NCBI GenBank assembly: GCA_027364575.1
Contig: DAHXPC010000008.1
Location: 33,355-97,354, forward strand
Source of the DNA: a bacterium
Lineage (GTDB): Bacteria > Pseudomonadota > Gammaproteobacteria > UBA6186 > Azoamicaceae
Reading direction: 5' to 3'
DNA: 64,000 nucleotides
Position numbers and translations under genes: made by a program
Shown: positions 30,098-40,418 of the stretch, one piece after another
How positions within the stretch are numbered: position 1 is the stretch's first letter
Layout: the number at the start of each line of letters is the position of its first letter
The notes under the pieces: model-generated
The model's database searches: none
The model's input: only the letters and a program-made list of their open reading frames with translations
Told to the model about the DNA's origin: nothing

Positions 30098-30811
30098 ATG
30101 AACGACAAAAAAAGCTTGCTCACGAACATGGTGAGCATCAGTTTAATTGGATTAGGCTACATTTTGCCCCAGCATGGCGAAATCGTCAAAATGGTCGGTT
30201 TTTTTGCTTTTTCAGGGGCTATCACCAATTGGCTGGCTATCTATATGCTTTTTGAGCGCATTCCCTTCTTATATGGCTCCGGGATCATCCCGCTACAATT
30301 TGAAGTATTTAAGATAAATATTAAAAAAATGATCATGGAGCAATTTTTTAGTGAAATTAATGTCGCGCGTTTTTTCAATGCCCAAGCCATTTTGGGTGAT
30401 ACCGATCGATTCGTGGCGAATATCACTGAATCGATTAACTATGAAAAAATGTATGAAGGGCTGGTCGAAGAGATATTAAATACTTCTATTGGTGGCATGG
30501 TAAACATGTTCGGGGGCGGTAAAGTGCTCAGTTCTTTAAAAGAGCCTTGCGTACAAAAATTTAAAGTTATGATCCAAGATATCGCAACTTCCACCTTATT
30601 ACCCAATTTATTCGACAGTAAATTAAGCGACACCCTTCACAGTAAAATAGAAAAAATGGTAGATGCTCGTTTAAATGAATTAATGCCAGAACAAGTTAAA
30701 GATCTTGTGCACGATATGATAGGCAAATATTTAGGCTGGGTGGTTATTTGGGGAGGGGTGTTTGGCGGCGCCATTGGATTTTTAATGGAAATTATCTTTA
30801 AGCTCAAATAA
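30098..30811 (+). CDS. DUF445 family membrane protein
   Basis: FSGAITNWLAIYMLFERIP matches the DUF445 signature (GGITNWLAvkMLFrP). AGGAGA RBS. Orientation is opposite to the flanking dcw genes. Confidence 0.6.
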   Translation: MNDKKSLLTNMVSISLIGLGYILPQHGEIVKMVGFFAFSGAITNWLAIYMLFERIPFLYGSGIIPLQFEVFKINIKKMIMEQFFSEINVARFFNAQAILGDTDRFVANITESINYEKMYEGLVEEILNTSIGGMVNMFGGGKVLSSLKEPCVQKFKVMIQDIATSTLLPNLFDSKLSDTLHSKIEKMVDARLNELMPEQVKDLVHDMIGKYLGWVVIWGGVFGGAIGFLMEIIFKLK

Positions 30812-30900
30812 TGCCCGATCATGTTCACGCGGTAATTGTGTTGGATGGACAAGGACAAGGGCGGACCGCCTGTGTCCGCCCGGGCAATCGAAATATGATC
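30811..30900 (+). pseudogene. fragment of a REP-associated / IS200-like tyrosine transposase (HUH motif region only)
   Basis: MPDHVHAVIVL...GRTACVRPG resembles the MPnHvHgiivi...gehkVRP stretch of COG1943-type transposases. The N-terminal part and the catalytic Tyr region are absent. The rest of the track ORF overlaps ftsW. Confidence 0.4.
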
Positions 30901-30962
30901 ACCGCATTACAAACGAAAAATGAGGCGTGGCTACCGAAGGTTTCCTGTTCAATTGGCCGTTT

Positions 30963-32099
30963 TCACCCGTTGTTTTTTGCTTTAAGGGGGATTTCATATT
31001 CAACTCTGAGTAATATTCCAATCGCAACCAAGGATACCACTAGACTGCTGCCCCCATAACTCATAAAGGGCAAGGTTAGACCTTTAGTGGGTAAAACACC
31101 GGTATTTACCCCAATATTGATTAAGGTTTGTACCCCGAACCATAATCCTATCCCATAGGCAATAAATCCGGAAAACCGATTACCGAGTAACATGGCTTGT
31201 CTGCCTAAAGCCAGGGCACGCCATACAAAAAGCGCAAAGAGTAATAGGACGATAACCGCCCCAACGAGCCCTAATTCTTCGGATAATACTGCATAAATAA
31301 AGTCTGTATGCGGCTCCGGCAAATACAATAATTTTTGCACACTATTGCCTAAACCTGCGCCAAACCAGCCACCCCGACCAAAAGCAATCAGCGATTGTGT
31401 TAATTGATAGCCAGAATTAAATTGATCGCTCCAAGGATCCAAAAATGAAGTTAAGCGTTGCAGACGATAAGGGGAAGCAATCGATAATATCGCCATGGCT
31501 AGCAAAGCCAAAACCAGCAATACGATAAAGCGTCTAAGCGGAACGCCGCCTAAAAAGAGCATACCCATAACGGTAGTCACCATTACGACCGTTGCCCCAA
31601 AATCGGGTTCTGCTAATATTAAAACCGACGTAAAGCTCAAAACCGCCATTGGTTTTAAAAATCCGGCTATTTCAGTTTGTACTTCTTTATCTTTTCGAAC
31701 CAAATATCCCGCCATATAAATAATCATGGCAAGCTTTGCACATTCGGAAATTTGAATAGAGATAGGCCCTAAAAACAACCATCTCACACTCCCATTAATT
31801 TGGCGACTCACTCCAGGGATCAATAACAGGGCAAGCAATACAATGACCACCCCTAATAAAGGAATACTCACTTTTCGCCAAAATTTCAAAGGAATGGTGG
31901 TAATAAAGCCACACGAAACCAAACCTGCCAACAAATACCCAACGTGTCGGACCGCAAAATGCCAAGCAGGTTTGCCTAAACCTTCCGAATAGGAAAGAGA
32001 AGAAGACACCACCATCACCAAACCGATACTTAATAGGCTCACAATAGAAAATAACAGCCAAGGATCAAATACGGGTTTACGATGTAGTATGGCGCCCAT
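30963..32099 (-). CDS. ftsW: SEDS-family peptidoglycan polymerase FtsW
   Basis: 378-aa ten-TM SEDS pattern (PEPHTDFIYAVLSEELG, LPTKGLTLPFMSYGGSS). Confidence 0.9.
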   Translation of the reverse strand: MGAILHRKPVFDPWLLFSIVSLLSIGLVMVVSSSLSYSEGLGKPAWHFAVRHVGYLLAGLVSCGFITTIPLKFWRKVSIPLLGVVIVLLALLLIPGVSRQINGSVRWLFLGPISIQISECAKLAMIIYMAGYLVRKDKEVQTEIAGFLKPMAVLSFTSVLILAEPDFGATVVMVTTVMGMLFLGGVPLRRFIVLLVLALLAMAILSIASPYRLQRLTSFLDPWSDQFNSGYQLTQSLIAFGRGGWFGAGLGNSVQKLLYLPEPHTDFIYAVLSEELGLVGAVIVLLLFALFVWRALALGRQAMLLGNRFSGFIAYGIGLWFGVQTLINIGVNTGVLPTKGLTLPFMSYGGSSLVVSLVAIGILLRVEYEIPLKAKNNG

Positions 32100-32105
32100 G
32101 CGTTT

Positions 32106-34691
32106 TTATGCTCCCTGTGCTATTTTTTCAAAATCGATTTTATCATTTTTCACAATGATCCGTATGGTATCATTTGGCATAAAATGAGCGGTTAATAAGC
32201 TTTCAGCCAATGGGTTTTCTAAAGCTTGACGAATAACCCGTTTTAAAGGTCTTGCCCCATAAATCGGATCGTAACCAATGGCAGCTAATTTATCTAAGGC
32301 CTCCGGCGTCGCCATCAGGGTTATATTCTGTGCGTGTAATCGTTCTTTAAGATGTGCCAACTGAATATCGGCAATATGTCGAATATGTTCTTTTCCAAGT
32401 GGCGAAAACATTACAATTTCATCAATCCGATTAATAAATTCGGGTCTAAACTGTTCGCTCACAACGCCCATAACCGCTTCTTTCACTTCTGAATAGTCTA
32501 CTGTGCCGGTGAGTTCTTGAATTAATTGCGAACCCAAATTTGAAGTCATTACGATAACCGTGTTTTTAAAATCAACCGTTCTGCCTTGTCCATCCGTTAA
32601 ACGGCCATCATCCAACACTTGTAGTAAAATATTAAAAACATCTGAGTGTGCTTTTTCGATTTCATCTAATAACAATACACTATAGGGCCTACGTCGTACC
32701 GCTTCCGTTAAATACCCGCCTTCTTCATACCCAACATAGCCCGGAGGAGCACCAATTAAACGCGCAACAGAATGTTTTTCCATGAATTCTGACATATCGA
32801 TTCGAACCATCGCCGCTTCGGTATCAAACAAAAATTCGGCTAAGGCTTTACATACTTCGGTTTTACCCACACCGGTAGGTCCTAAAAATAAGAAAGATCC
32901 GACGGGTCGATTGGGATCGGCCAAGCCTGCACGTGAGCGACGCACAGCATTTGAAACTGCTTTTAATGCCTCTTCTTGCCCGATAACCCGTTTGCCCAAA
33001 CTCATTTCCATTTGTACTAATTTTTCACGCTCCCCTTCCAACATTTTAGAAACGGGGATCCCAGTCCAGCGTGCCACCACTGCTGCGATTTCTTCTTCGG
33101 TAACCTTATTTCTAAATAATTTGGTTTCCATTTCTATATCGGTAGATGCGGCCAGGCGTTTTTCCAGTTCAGGAATACGCCCGTATTGCAGTTCCGACAT
33201 GCGGGCATAATTACCCGATCGCTGGGCATTCACCAACTCTAGCTTTGCCTTTTCTAATTCTTCTTTTAGGTGTTTGGTTCCCTCTAATGCCGCTTTTTCG
33301 GTTTTCCAAATTTCTTCCAAGCCTTTATATTCTTTTTCAAGCTCAGCAATATTCGACTGCAACTCCTCTAATCGTTTTTTGGAAGCTTCATCGGTTTCTT
33401 TTTTAAGGACTTCGCGCTCAATTTTATATTGGATCAAACGCCGTTCTAACTTATCCATCTCAACGGGTTTTGAATCAATTTCCATTCGAATCACACTGGC
33501 GGCCTCATCGATTAAATCAATGGCCTTATCTGGAAGTTGACGATCGGCAATATAACGATGCGAAAGGGTTGCCGCAGCAACAATCGCCGGATCCGTAATG
33601 ACAACCCCATGGTGCAATTCATAGCGCTCTTTAAGGCCCCGTAAAATAGCAATGGTGTCGGGCACTGTTGGCTCCTCGACCAAGATTTTTTGAAATCTTC
33701 TTTCTAATGCCGCATCTTTTTCAATATATTGACGATATTCATCTAATGTCGTTGCCCCTACACAATGTAATTCGCCGCGGGCAAGGGCTGGCTTTAGCAT
33801 GTTCCCCGCGTCCATAGCGCCTTCTGCTTTTCCAGCACCGACCATGGTATGCAATTCATCAATAAAAAGAATGATTTCCCCTTCTTGCTTGGCTAAATCT
33901 TGCAATACGGCTTTCATCCGTTCTTCAAAATCGCCTCTAAATTTCGCCCCGGCAATTAATGCGCCCATATCTAACGCTAACACACGTTTACTTTTTAGGC
34001 CTTCTGGAACTTCACCGTTCACAATTCGTTGGGCCAATCCTTCCACAATGGCCGTTTTTCCAACTCCGGGCTCCCCGATTAAAACCGGATTGTTCTTAGT
34101 GCGTCGTTGCAAAACTTGGATAGTTCTGCGAATTTCATCATCCCGGCCTATCACCGGATCTAATTTTCCTTGCTCTGCGCGTTCTGTGAGATCAATGGTG
34201 TATTTTTGTAAAGCTTTGCGATGTTCTTCCGCATTGGGATTATCCACGGTTTGTCCTCCCCGTAAGTCATCAATGGCTTTGATAAAGCTTTCTTTTTGAA
34301 TGCCTGATTTTTTTAAAATATTTCCAGCGTTGCCGCCTTCTTCTAGCACCGCCAATATAAACAATTCACTGGAAACATAACTATCTTTACGCTGCTGGGC
34401 ATGTTTATCGGCTCGATTCAGCACTCGAATTAAATCGGGAGAGGCCTGAATATTGGATTGCCCACCCACAATTTGGGGTAAAGTTTTTAGGGCTTCGGCG
34501 AATTCTTTTTCAAGGGCTTTAGCACTTACCCCTATGCTTGAAAATAAATGGCGAATAGAGCCTGCAGGCTGTTCTAATAAAGCCTTGAGTACATGAATGG
34601 GCTCAACTGCTGAATTTTCTTGAGTAACCGCCAGGGATTGGGCTTGTGCTAAAGCCGATTGCAAAGATTCCGTTAATTTATCTAAACTCAT
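32106..34691 (-). CDS. clpB: ATP-dependent disaggregase ClpB
   Basis: Two AAA+ modules ([30 protein letters not shown]) with a coiled-coil middle domain. The ATG at 34691 has AGAGGTG upstream. Confidence 0.97.
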   Translation of the reverse strand: MSLDKLTESLQSALAQAQSLAVTQENSAVEPIHVLKALLEQPAGSIRHLFSSIGVSAKALEKEFAEALKTLPQIVGGQSNIQASPDLIRVLNRADKHAQQRKDSYVSSELFILAVLEEGGNAGNILKKSGIQKESFIKAIDDLRGGQTVDNPNAEEHRKALQKYTIDLTERAEQGKLDPVIGRDDEIRRTIQVLQRRTKNNPVLIGEPGVGKTAIVEGLAQRIVNGEVPEGLKSKRVLALDMGALIAGAKFRGDFEERMKAVLQDLAKQEGEIILFIDELHTMVGAGKAEGAMDAGNMLKPALARGELHCVGATTLDEYRQYIEKDAALERRFQKILVEEPTVPDTIAILRGLKERYELHHGVVITDPAIVAAATLSHRYIADRQLPDKAIDLIDEAASVIRMEIDSKPVEMDKLERRLIQYKIEREVLKKETDEASKKRLEELQSNIAELEKEYKGLEEIWKTEKAALEGTKHLKEELEKAKLELVNAQRSGNYARMSELQYGRIPELEKRLAASTDIEMETKLFRNKVTEEEIAAVVARWTGIPVSKMLEGEREKLVQMEMSLGKRVIGQEEALKAVSNAVRRSRAGLADPNRPVGSFLFLGPTGVGKTEVCKALAEFLFDTEAAMVRIDMSEFMEKHSVARLIGAPPGYVGYEEGGYLTEAVRRRPYSVLLLDEIEKAHSDVFNILLQVLDDGRLTDGQGRTVDFKNTVIVMTSNLGSQLIQELTGTVDYSEVKEAVMGVVSEQFRPEFINRIDEIVMFSPLGKEHIRHIADIQLAHLKERLHAQNITLMATPEALDKLAAIGYDPIYGARPLKRVIRQALENPLAESLLTAHFMPNDTIRIIVKNDKIDFEKIAQGA

Positions 34692-34754
34692 ATAAAACAC
34701 CTCTTTCGCATTTAAGCGTTATTTAAAGGTTATGTGGGGGCTATAGAGCAAAAT

Positions 34755-35501
34755 TCAAGTAGGGGTTAACCAAATTAATGTTGCCATACGACCTGTATCC
34801 TTTGAGCGACGATAAGAATAAAAACGATTGAGATCGGTGTAGGCGCAAAATTCTCCCCCGAAAATTTGGCGGATCCCTAAGCGTCTAAGTCTTTCAGTGG
34901 CAAGCTGATACAAATTGGCAAGCCATGTTCCTTGTGCGGTCGGTTTAAAGGCGTGTAAAGAATGTCCGGTAAATGCCACAAGCACATCTTCTTTGACTTC
35001 AAAGGCTTCGGGTCCAATTGCTGGACCAAGCCACGCCATTACGGTTTCGGGCGCACATCCCATTTTTTCTACCGTCGCCTCAATCACGCCATTTGCCAAA
35101 CCCCGCCATCCGGCATGTGCCGCCGCTATTCGAGTCCCGGCTTGATTGCAAAAAAGGATCGGCAAACAATCGGCGGTTAGAATGGCGCATATTTCATTGT
35201 CATTAAAAGCCACAGAAGCATCGGCTTCTACGATAGGATAAGGTAAAGAATAATCGCTCACCTTAACAACATTTGTGCCATGGACTTGCGATAGCCAGAA
35301 AGGATCAGCCGGTACTTTGGCATGTATTTTTAATTGTTCACCCATAGCAATGGCTACTTGTAATTTAGGAGCTATTGCTAACGTTGAATACACGTTAGCA
35401 TTCAACGTTAAGCTTTGCCCTCTCGTTCTTAACGTCGTTAATGCATGAACATTAACGGGTGCCGGCCAAGAGGGCGTTATCCAATTACAGTTGTTCGGCA
35501 T
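34755..35501 (-). CDS. pgeF: peptidoglycan editing factor PgeF (YfiH family)
   Basis: ILTADCLPILF and AAAHAGWRG motifs. Adjacent to clpB as in E. coli. The start at the ATG at 35501 matches the family N-terminus. Confidence 0.85.
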   Translation of the reverse strand: MPNNCNWITPSWPAPVNVHALTTLRTRGQSLTLNANVYSTLAIAPKLQVAIAMGEQLKIHAKVPADPFWLSQVHGTNVVKVSDYSLPYPIVEADASVAFNDNEICAILTADCLPILFCNQAGTRIAAAHAGWRGLANGVIEATVEKMGCAPETVMAWLGPAIGPEAFEVKEDVLVAFTGHSLHAFKPTAQGTWLANLYQLATERLRRLGIRQIFGGEFCAYTDLNRFYSYRRSKDTGRMATLIWLTPT

Positions 35502-36090
35502 ATTCGGCCAAGAAACTGGCCACACCGGTAGGTGTTGGTTTCATCGCTTTATCGCCTTGTTTCCAGCCAGCAGGACACACTTCTCCATTGGTTTCATGAT
35601 ATTGCAGCGCATCGGCTAGACGCAATAATTCGTCAATATTACGGCCAATCGGCAGATCGTTTACCATTTGCGAGCGCACAATCCCCATTTTATCGAGTAA
35701 AAATGCTGCTCTAAAAGCAATGCCGGCTTCAGGATGTTCTATTCCGTAAGATTGACAAATACTATGGTTGGTATCGGCAACTAAAGTGTAACCAACTTGA
35801 CCAATTCCGCCCAATTCAACCGGTGTATTGCGCCAAGCATTATGGGTAAATTGTGAATCAATAGAAACGCCAATGACTTCCACATTTAGCTTTTTAAATT
35901 GCTCAATGCGGCGATCCAGGGCAATGAGTTCTGAAGGGCAAACAAAGGTAAAATCCAGCGGATAGAAAAAAATTAATCCGTATTTATCTTTTAGGGCTTT
36001 AGACAATTGGAATTGGCTAACAATTTCGCCACTTCCAAGTACTGCTGCTGCTGTGAAATCCGGTGCCTTTCTACCAACCAAAATACTCAT
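35485..36090 (-). CDS. typical 2-Cys peroxiredoxin (AhpC/Prx1)
   Basis: Peroxidatic Cys in DFTFVCPSE and resolving Cys in GEVCPAGW. Confidence 0.9.
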   Translation of the reverse strand: MSILVGRKAPDFTAAAVLGSGEIVSQFQLSKALKDKYGLIFFYPLDFTFVCPSELIALDRRIEQFKKLNVEVIGVSIDSQFTHNAWRNTPVELGGIGQVGYTLVADTNHSICQSYGIEHPEAGIAFRAAFLLDKMGIVRSQMVNDLPIGRNIDELLRLADALQYHETNGEVCPAGWKQGDKAMKPTPTGVASFLAEYAEQL

Positions 36091-36304
36091 TTCATATACT
36101 CCAAAAACAATGTAATTGCTGGATATGATATCACAAAACTTGAATATTCAAGTAGAAGCAGCTGATCTATACCCCCTTTCATCTTGTGTTGCTAACTGTG
36201 ATTTAATGCAGCCCTTTGGTGTTTCCGCTAGAAATATTTATTATTTCAAATGAAAAGCCAAAAACTTGCTATTATAATGGGACTTTTGAAATTAGAGTTA
36301 AACG

Positions 36305-37288
36305 ATGTTAGTTGATAAACATAAAATTATAGCCACCGGCCTTTCTGTTTTAGAAATAGAATCCCGGACTATTCGCGAATTAACCGGTAAAATTGACGAT
36401 ACTTTCGTGGAGATCTGTCAATCTTTTTTAAGCTGCCAAGGCCGGATTGTGGTAACTGGAATGGGAAAATCTGGTCATATTGGTAAAAAAATTGCGGCCA
36501 CTTTGGCCAGTACCGGCACGCCTGCCCTATTTTTACATCCAGCCGAAGGATCCCATGGCGATCTCGGCATGATAACCCCGCAGGATCGGGTACTTGCACT
36601 CTCCTATTCTGGGGAAACCAATGAAGTTTTAACGCTCTTACCCTTTATTAAACGATTAGGTGTGCCAGTCATTGCCTTAACCGGCGCGCGCCAATCCACA
36701 TTAGCAAAATTAGCCGATATTCATTTAGATACCAGCATTCAACAAGAAGCCTGCCCGCTAGGACTAGCGCCTACGGCCAGTACGGCAGCCATGCTTGCCA
36801 TGGGCGACGCCATTGCTTTGGCTATCTTAGAGGCCCGAGGTTTTACCGAGGATGACTTTGCAAAATCTCACCCCGGGGGGCGCTTAGGACGACGTCTTAT
36901 TCTTAAAATTGAAGATATTATGCATATCGATGCCGCTATTCCACGGGTACCTCTAGACGCGGTTCTAACCGATGCTCTGATGGAAATAACGGAAAAACGT
37001 CTGGGATTTACCACAATTGTTAGCCCAAATGATCCCACTTGCCTCTTAGGCATATTTACGGATGGTGATCTTCGGCGCACTTTACATCGTGGTGTGGATA
37101 TTCACCAGACAAAAATCAATGAAGTCATGACAACCCATTTCACCACGGTTTTTCACGATCTATTGGCAGCGGAAGCCATTGCAATTATGGAAAAATTAAA
37201 AATATTGGCACTCCCCGTTACCGATCATGCCGGGAAATTAGTCGGGGCCCTAAACATGCACGATTTATTTAAAGCAGGTGTTATGTGA
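36305..37288 (+). CDS. kdsD: arabinose-5-phosphate isomerase
   Basis: SIS domain (VTGMGKSGHIGKKIAATL) plus two CBS domains. Confidence 0.92.
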   Translation: MLVDKHKIIATGLSVLEIESRTIRELTGKIDDTFVEICQSFLSCQGRIVVTGMGKSGHIGKKIAATLASTGTPALFLHPAEGSHGDLGMITPQDRVLALSYSGETNEVLTLLPFIKRLGVPVIALTGARQSTLAKLADIHLDTSIQQEACPLGLAPTASTAAMLAMGDAIALAILEARGFTEDDFAKSHPGGRLGRRLILKIEDIMHIDAAIPRVPLDAVLTDALMEITEKRLGFTTIVSPNDPTCLLGIFTDGDLRRTLHRGVDIHQTKINEVMTTHFTTVFHDLLAAEAIAIMEKLKILALPVTDHAGKLVGALNMHDLFKAGVM

Positions 37289-37866
37289 GAAACACGATTA
37301 TTGTAGTAATTGCCGCCATTTTAAGCATCGGCCTATTAGTGTTCGTAAAGTCTGAACAACCCCGTTTAGTCGCTTATACCGAGAAAAAGCCACAGGAATA
37401 TATGAAGCAAGTGCTGGTCAGTATTTTTACGGAGCAAGGCTTTTTAAAAAGTAAGCTATCGGCCAACTATTGGGGCTACCTGCCAGAAATAGCGCTTTCA
37501 AACTTACAAAAGCCAAAGTTAATGATTTACAAGCCCGATGGCAGTGCATGGTCAATTTGCGCAAACACAGGGAAGGTAGAGCAGCCAACCTTAGGCAGCA
37601 TTGAACAAATTATATTAGAAGATGAGGTGGTTTTAGAACGCCCTGCCACAGCAACGGTATTTCCCATTAAATTAGAGACCCGTGAATTGCGCTATCAGCC
37701 TAAAAAACAATTTGCGGAAAGCCATCAATTGGTTACTATGACCAAGCCTGGACTCACCATTACGGGTATTGGTCTGCGCGCCTACCTAGAACAAAATTCC
37801 GTGGAATTGTTACAGGATGTTAAAACCCATTACACGCTGAATAAAAAGACAACGGAATCGATCTAA
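37285..37866 (+). CDS. lptC: LPS export protein LptC
   Basis: N-terminal TM anchor and ~190 aa. Sits between kdsD and lptB and overlaps the kdsD stop (ATGTGA). Confidence 0.7.
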   Translation: MRNTIIVVIAAILSIGLLVFVKSEQPRLVAYTEKKPQEYMKQVLVSIFTEQGFLKSKLSANYWGYLPEIALSNLQKPKLMIYKPDGSAWSICANTGKVEQPTLGSIEQIILEDEVVLERPATATVFPIKLETRELRYQPKKQFAESHQLVTMTKPGLTITGIGLRAYLEQNSVELLQDVKTHYTLNKKTTESI

Positions 37867-38592
37867 ATGAATACCCTCATTGTCTCCAAATTATCCAAAC
37901 AGTATAAATCACGGTTAATTGTCAATAATCTTTCGCTGCAAATCAATGCAGGGGAAATCGTAGGGATTTTAGGTCCAAATGGGGCAGGAAAAACCTCTTC
38001 TTTTTATATGATGTTAGGCCTTATCCAACCCGATGCTGGAAAAATATTATTAAATGATATTGATATTACGACTTTACCGGTACATGCACGCGCAGCATTA
38101 GGGATAGGCTATTTACCCCAAGAAGCCTCCGTATTTAGAAAATTAAGTGTCGCCGATAATATCTTAGCCATCCTAGAAACCAGAACAGAACTGACCGAAG
38201 ACGAAAGAATGGGCATCTTAGAAAATTTATTATATGAATTTCGCATTTCCCATATTCGGGATTCATTAGGATTAAGCCTTTCCGGTGGAGAGCGTAGGCG
38301 GGTTGAAATTGCAAGGGCCCTGGCCCGTAAGCCTAAGTTTATGTTGTTAGATGAACCGTTTGCCGGCGTTGATCCTATCTCGATTATTGATATTAAACAA
38401 ATCGCTAATCATTTAAGTGAGCGTGGGATAGGGGTTCTGATTACCGATCATAATGTAAGGGATACCTTAGATATATGCCATCGAGCCTATATCGTCAATA
38501 ATGGCGAAGTGATTGCTGAAGGCACTTCCGATCACATTTTGGCACACCCAGAAGTTCGCAAGGTGTACTTAGGGGAAGCCTTCGAACTCTAA
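37867..38592 (+). CDS. lptB: LPS export ABC ATPase LptB
   Basis: Walker [10 protein letters not shown] and signature [15 protein letters not shown], 241 aa. Confidence 0.95.
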   Translation: MNTLIVSKLSKQYKSRLIVNNLSLQINAGEIVGILGPNGAGKTSSFYMMLGLIQPDAGKILLNDIDITTLPVHARAALGIGYLPQEASVFRKLSVADNILAILETRTELTEDERMGILENLLYEFRISHIRDSLGLSLSGGERRRVEIARALARKPKFMLLDEPFAGVDPISIIDIKQIANHLSERGIGVLITDHNVRDTLDICHRAYIVNNGEVIAEGTSDHILAHPEVRKVYLGEAFEL

Positions 38593-38672
38593 AAGTAATC
38601 AATTAGCATTGGTCACTTAAATCCTCTCTGTAGCTGCTTTATTAATAAGCGACATTTCGCTATAGTTATTTT

Positions 38673-40040
38673 ATGAGACCTTCATTACAGTTTACGCTCA
38701 ACCAAAAACTCGCTATTACGCCCCAATTGCAGCAGGCAATCCGCCTTTTGCAGCTTTCTGCTGTCGAATTAGAAGCAGAAATTCGCGCCACAGTAGAATC
38801 AAACCCCCTTTTGGAACAAATTGAGCCAGAAGAAGAGACTATGATTAGCCCCAATCTGCCTATAGGGGCAGAAATGGATTATTCCATCATTTCTACTTTC
38901 CAGGAAGAATGGAGCCGATCTTCGGATAAAAAACCCGATCTATCGTTGCAAAGGCCTTCAGAAACCACCCTTCATCAGTACTTATTGGGGCAAATGGAGC
39001 TTGCCCATTTTTCTGAGCAAGAACGAGCCATTGCGACAGCTCTGATTGATGCTATTTCAGAAGAAGGATATTTACTGAGCTCAATCGCAGATATTCAAGA
39101 AACCTTAGGCTTTTCAACCCAAGAGGCAGACATTAATGCGGTGCTGAGTCAAATTCAGCAATTTGAGCCCACAGGAATTGGCGCTCGCGATTTAGCCGAA
39201 TGCTTAAACTTACAACTCAACCTGCTACCAACCAATACGCCCTGGCTTACAGAAACACAGTTGCTCGTCAAACACCATTTAGAAGCCGTGGGAAAAAAAG
39301 AGTATGCGCGCCTTAAGAAAGATCTTGACCTAACCGATAACGAATTGCATGCTGCAATTAAACTGCTCACTTCTCTCAATCCCCGACCAGGGGCCGTTAT
39401 CAATCCTAAAAAAAGTGAATATGTAATCCCCGATATTCTTGCTTGGAAGAAAGGGGAGCAAATATTCGTTGAACTTAAACAAAACTTTGTGCCTAAAATT
39501 CGGATCAATGCTCACTATGCTTCTGGCTTAAGCCTCCCTAATCATGCACACCCATTGATGGTTAAAGAACAGTTAAAAGAGGCAAAATCATTTATAAAAG
39601 GGCTGCAAACCCGCAATGAAACGCTATTAAGTGTCGCCCGCTGTATTCTTGAACAACAAAAGGAATTTTTCGATAACGGGGAAGAAGCCATGCTTCCCCT
39701 GAATTTGCGAGCGGTGGCAACTAAGCTGGGTTTACATGAATCGACGATTTCACGCATTACCAGTCAAAAATATATTTTAACCCCCAAAGGGCTTTATGAA
39801 TTGAAATATTTTTTTTCCAGTTCCATTCCATCGATCCTGGGTGCGGAAGCTTCTTCAATTGCCATACGTGCCTATATCCGAAAATTAATTGCAGAAGAAT
39901 CTAACACAGCCCCGCTTAGCGACAATAAAATTATGAAGGTTTTATTAGGACGTGGTATACATATAGCCAGACGAACCGTAACGAAGTACAGAGAAGCAAT
40001 GAGGATTTCTTCCTCAACAGAAAGAAAGTTTAAGTTTTAA
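38673..40040 (+). CDS. rpoN: RNA polymerase sigma-54
   Basis: N-terminal LxLxQxL region I and the C-terminal RpoN box ARRTVTKYR. Confidence 0.95.
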   Translation: MRPSLQFTLNQKLAITPQLQQAIRLLQLSAVELEAEIRATVESNPLLEQIEPEEETMISPNLPIGAEMDYSIISTFQEEWSRSSDKKPDLSLQRPSETTLHQYLLGQMELAHFSEQERAIATALIDAISEEGYLLSSIADIQETLGFSTQEADINAVLSQIQQFEPTGIGARDLAECLNLQLNLLPTNTPWLTETQLLVKHHLEAVGKKEYARLKKDLDLTDNELHAAIKLLTSLNPRPGAVINPKKSEYVIPDILAWKKGEQIFVELKQNFVPKIRINAHYASGLSLPNHAHPLMVKEQLKEAKSFIKGLQTRNETLLSVARCILEQQKEFFDNGEEAMLPLNLRAVATKLGLHESTISRITSQKYILTPKGLYELKYFFSSSIPSILGAEASSIAIRAYIRKLIAEESNTAPLSDNKIMKVLLGRGIHIARRTVTKYREAMRISSSTERKFKF

Positions 40041-40060
40041 TAGTAAAAAAGGAGTCTACG

Positions 40061-40390
40061 ATGAAAACTCAAATTACCGCCTTGCATGAACTCACGCTAA
40101 CCCCTGCCCTCAAGCAACAAGTGAATGAAAAATTCAAAAAATTGGAAAAACACTTTTCACACATTATTGACACCCATGTCACCTTAAGTGTGGATAAGAA
40201 ATTTCAACAAATTGCCAAAGCGCATATGAATCTTGCAGGTGGCGGCGATATTGTGGCAAGTAGCACCTCCGAAGATATGTATGCAAGCATCGATATGCTT
40301 ATCGATAAACTCGATGAGCAGGTTAGAAAACATAAAGAAAAATTAAAAGACAAGGGCCATGGCCATGGCCACCCCATAGATGGCGCTTAA
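40061..40390 (+). CDS. hpf: ribosome hibernation promoting factor
   Basis: 109-aa S30AE/YfiA-family pattern. Position after rpoN. AGGAG RBS. Confidence 0.9.
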   Translation: MKTQITALHELTLTPALKQQVNEKFKKLEKHFSHIIDTHVTLSVDKKFQQIAKAHMNLAGGGDIVASSTSEDMYASIDMLIDKLDEQVRKHKEKLKDKGHGHGHPIDGA

Positions 40391-40418
40391 GAATAAAAAT
40401 CGTTAGGGAAAAAATGCT

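Noticed and set aside
30811-31059. 82-aa ORF called as an intact gene.
   Set aside because: Only the first ~25 residues resemble a transposase HUH region. The remainder overlaps the 3-prime end of ftsW on the opposite strand. Kept only as a pseudogene fragment.
33799-34299. 166-aa plus-strand ORF inside clpB. Similar long antisense ORFs occur at 32782..33210, 19328..19738, 19805..20131, 41882..42340, 50050..50463, 53008..53412 and 58944..59360.
   Set aside because: All lie fully within, and antisense to, strongly supported conserved genes. They have low-complexity Ser/Pro/Arg-rich translations and no RBS, which is typical of shadow ORFs.
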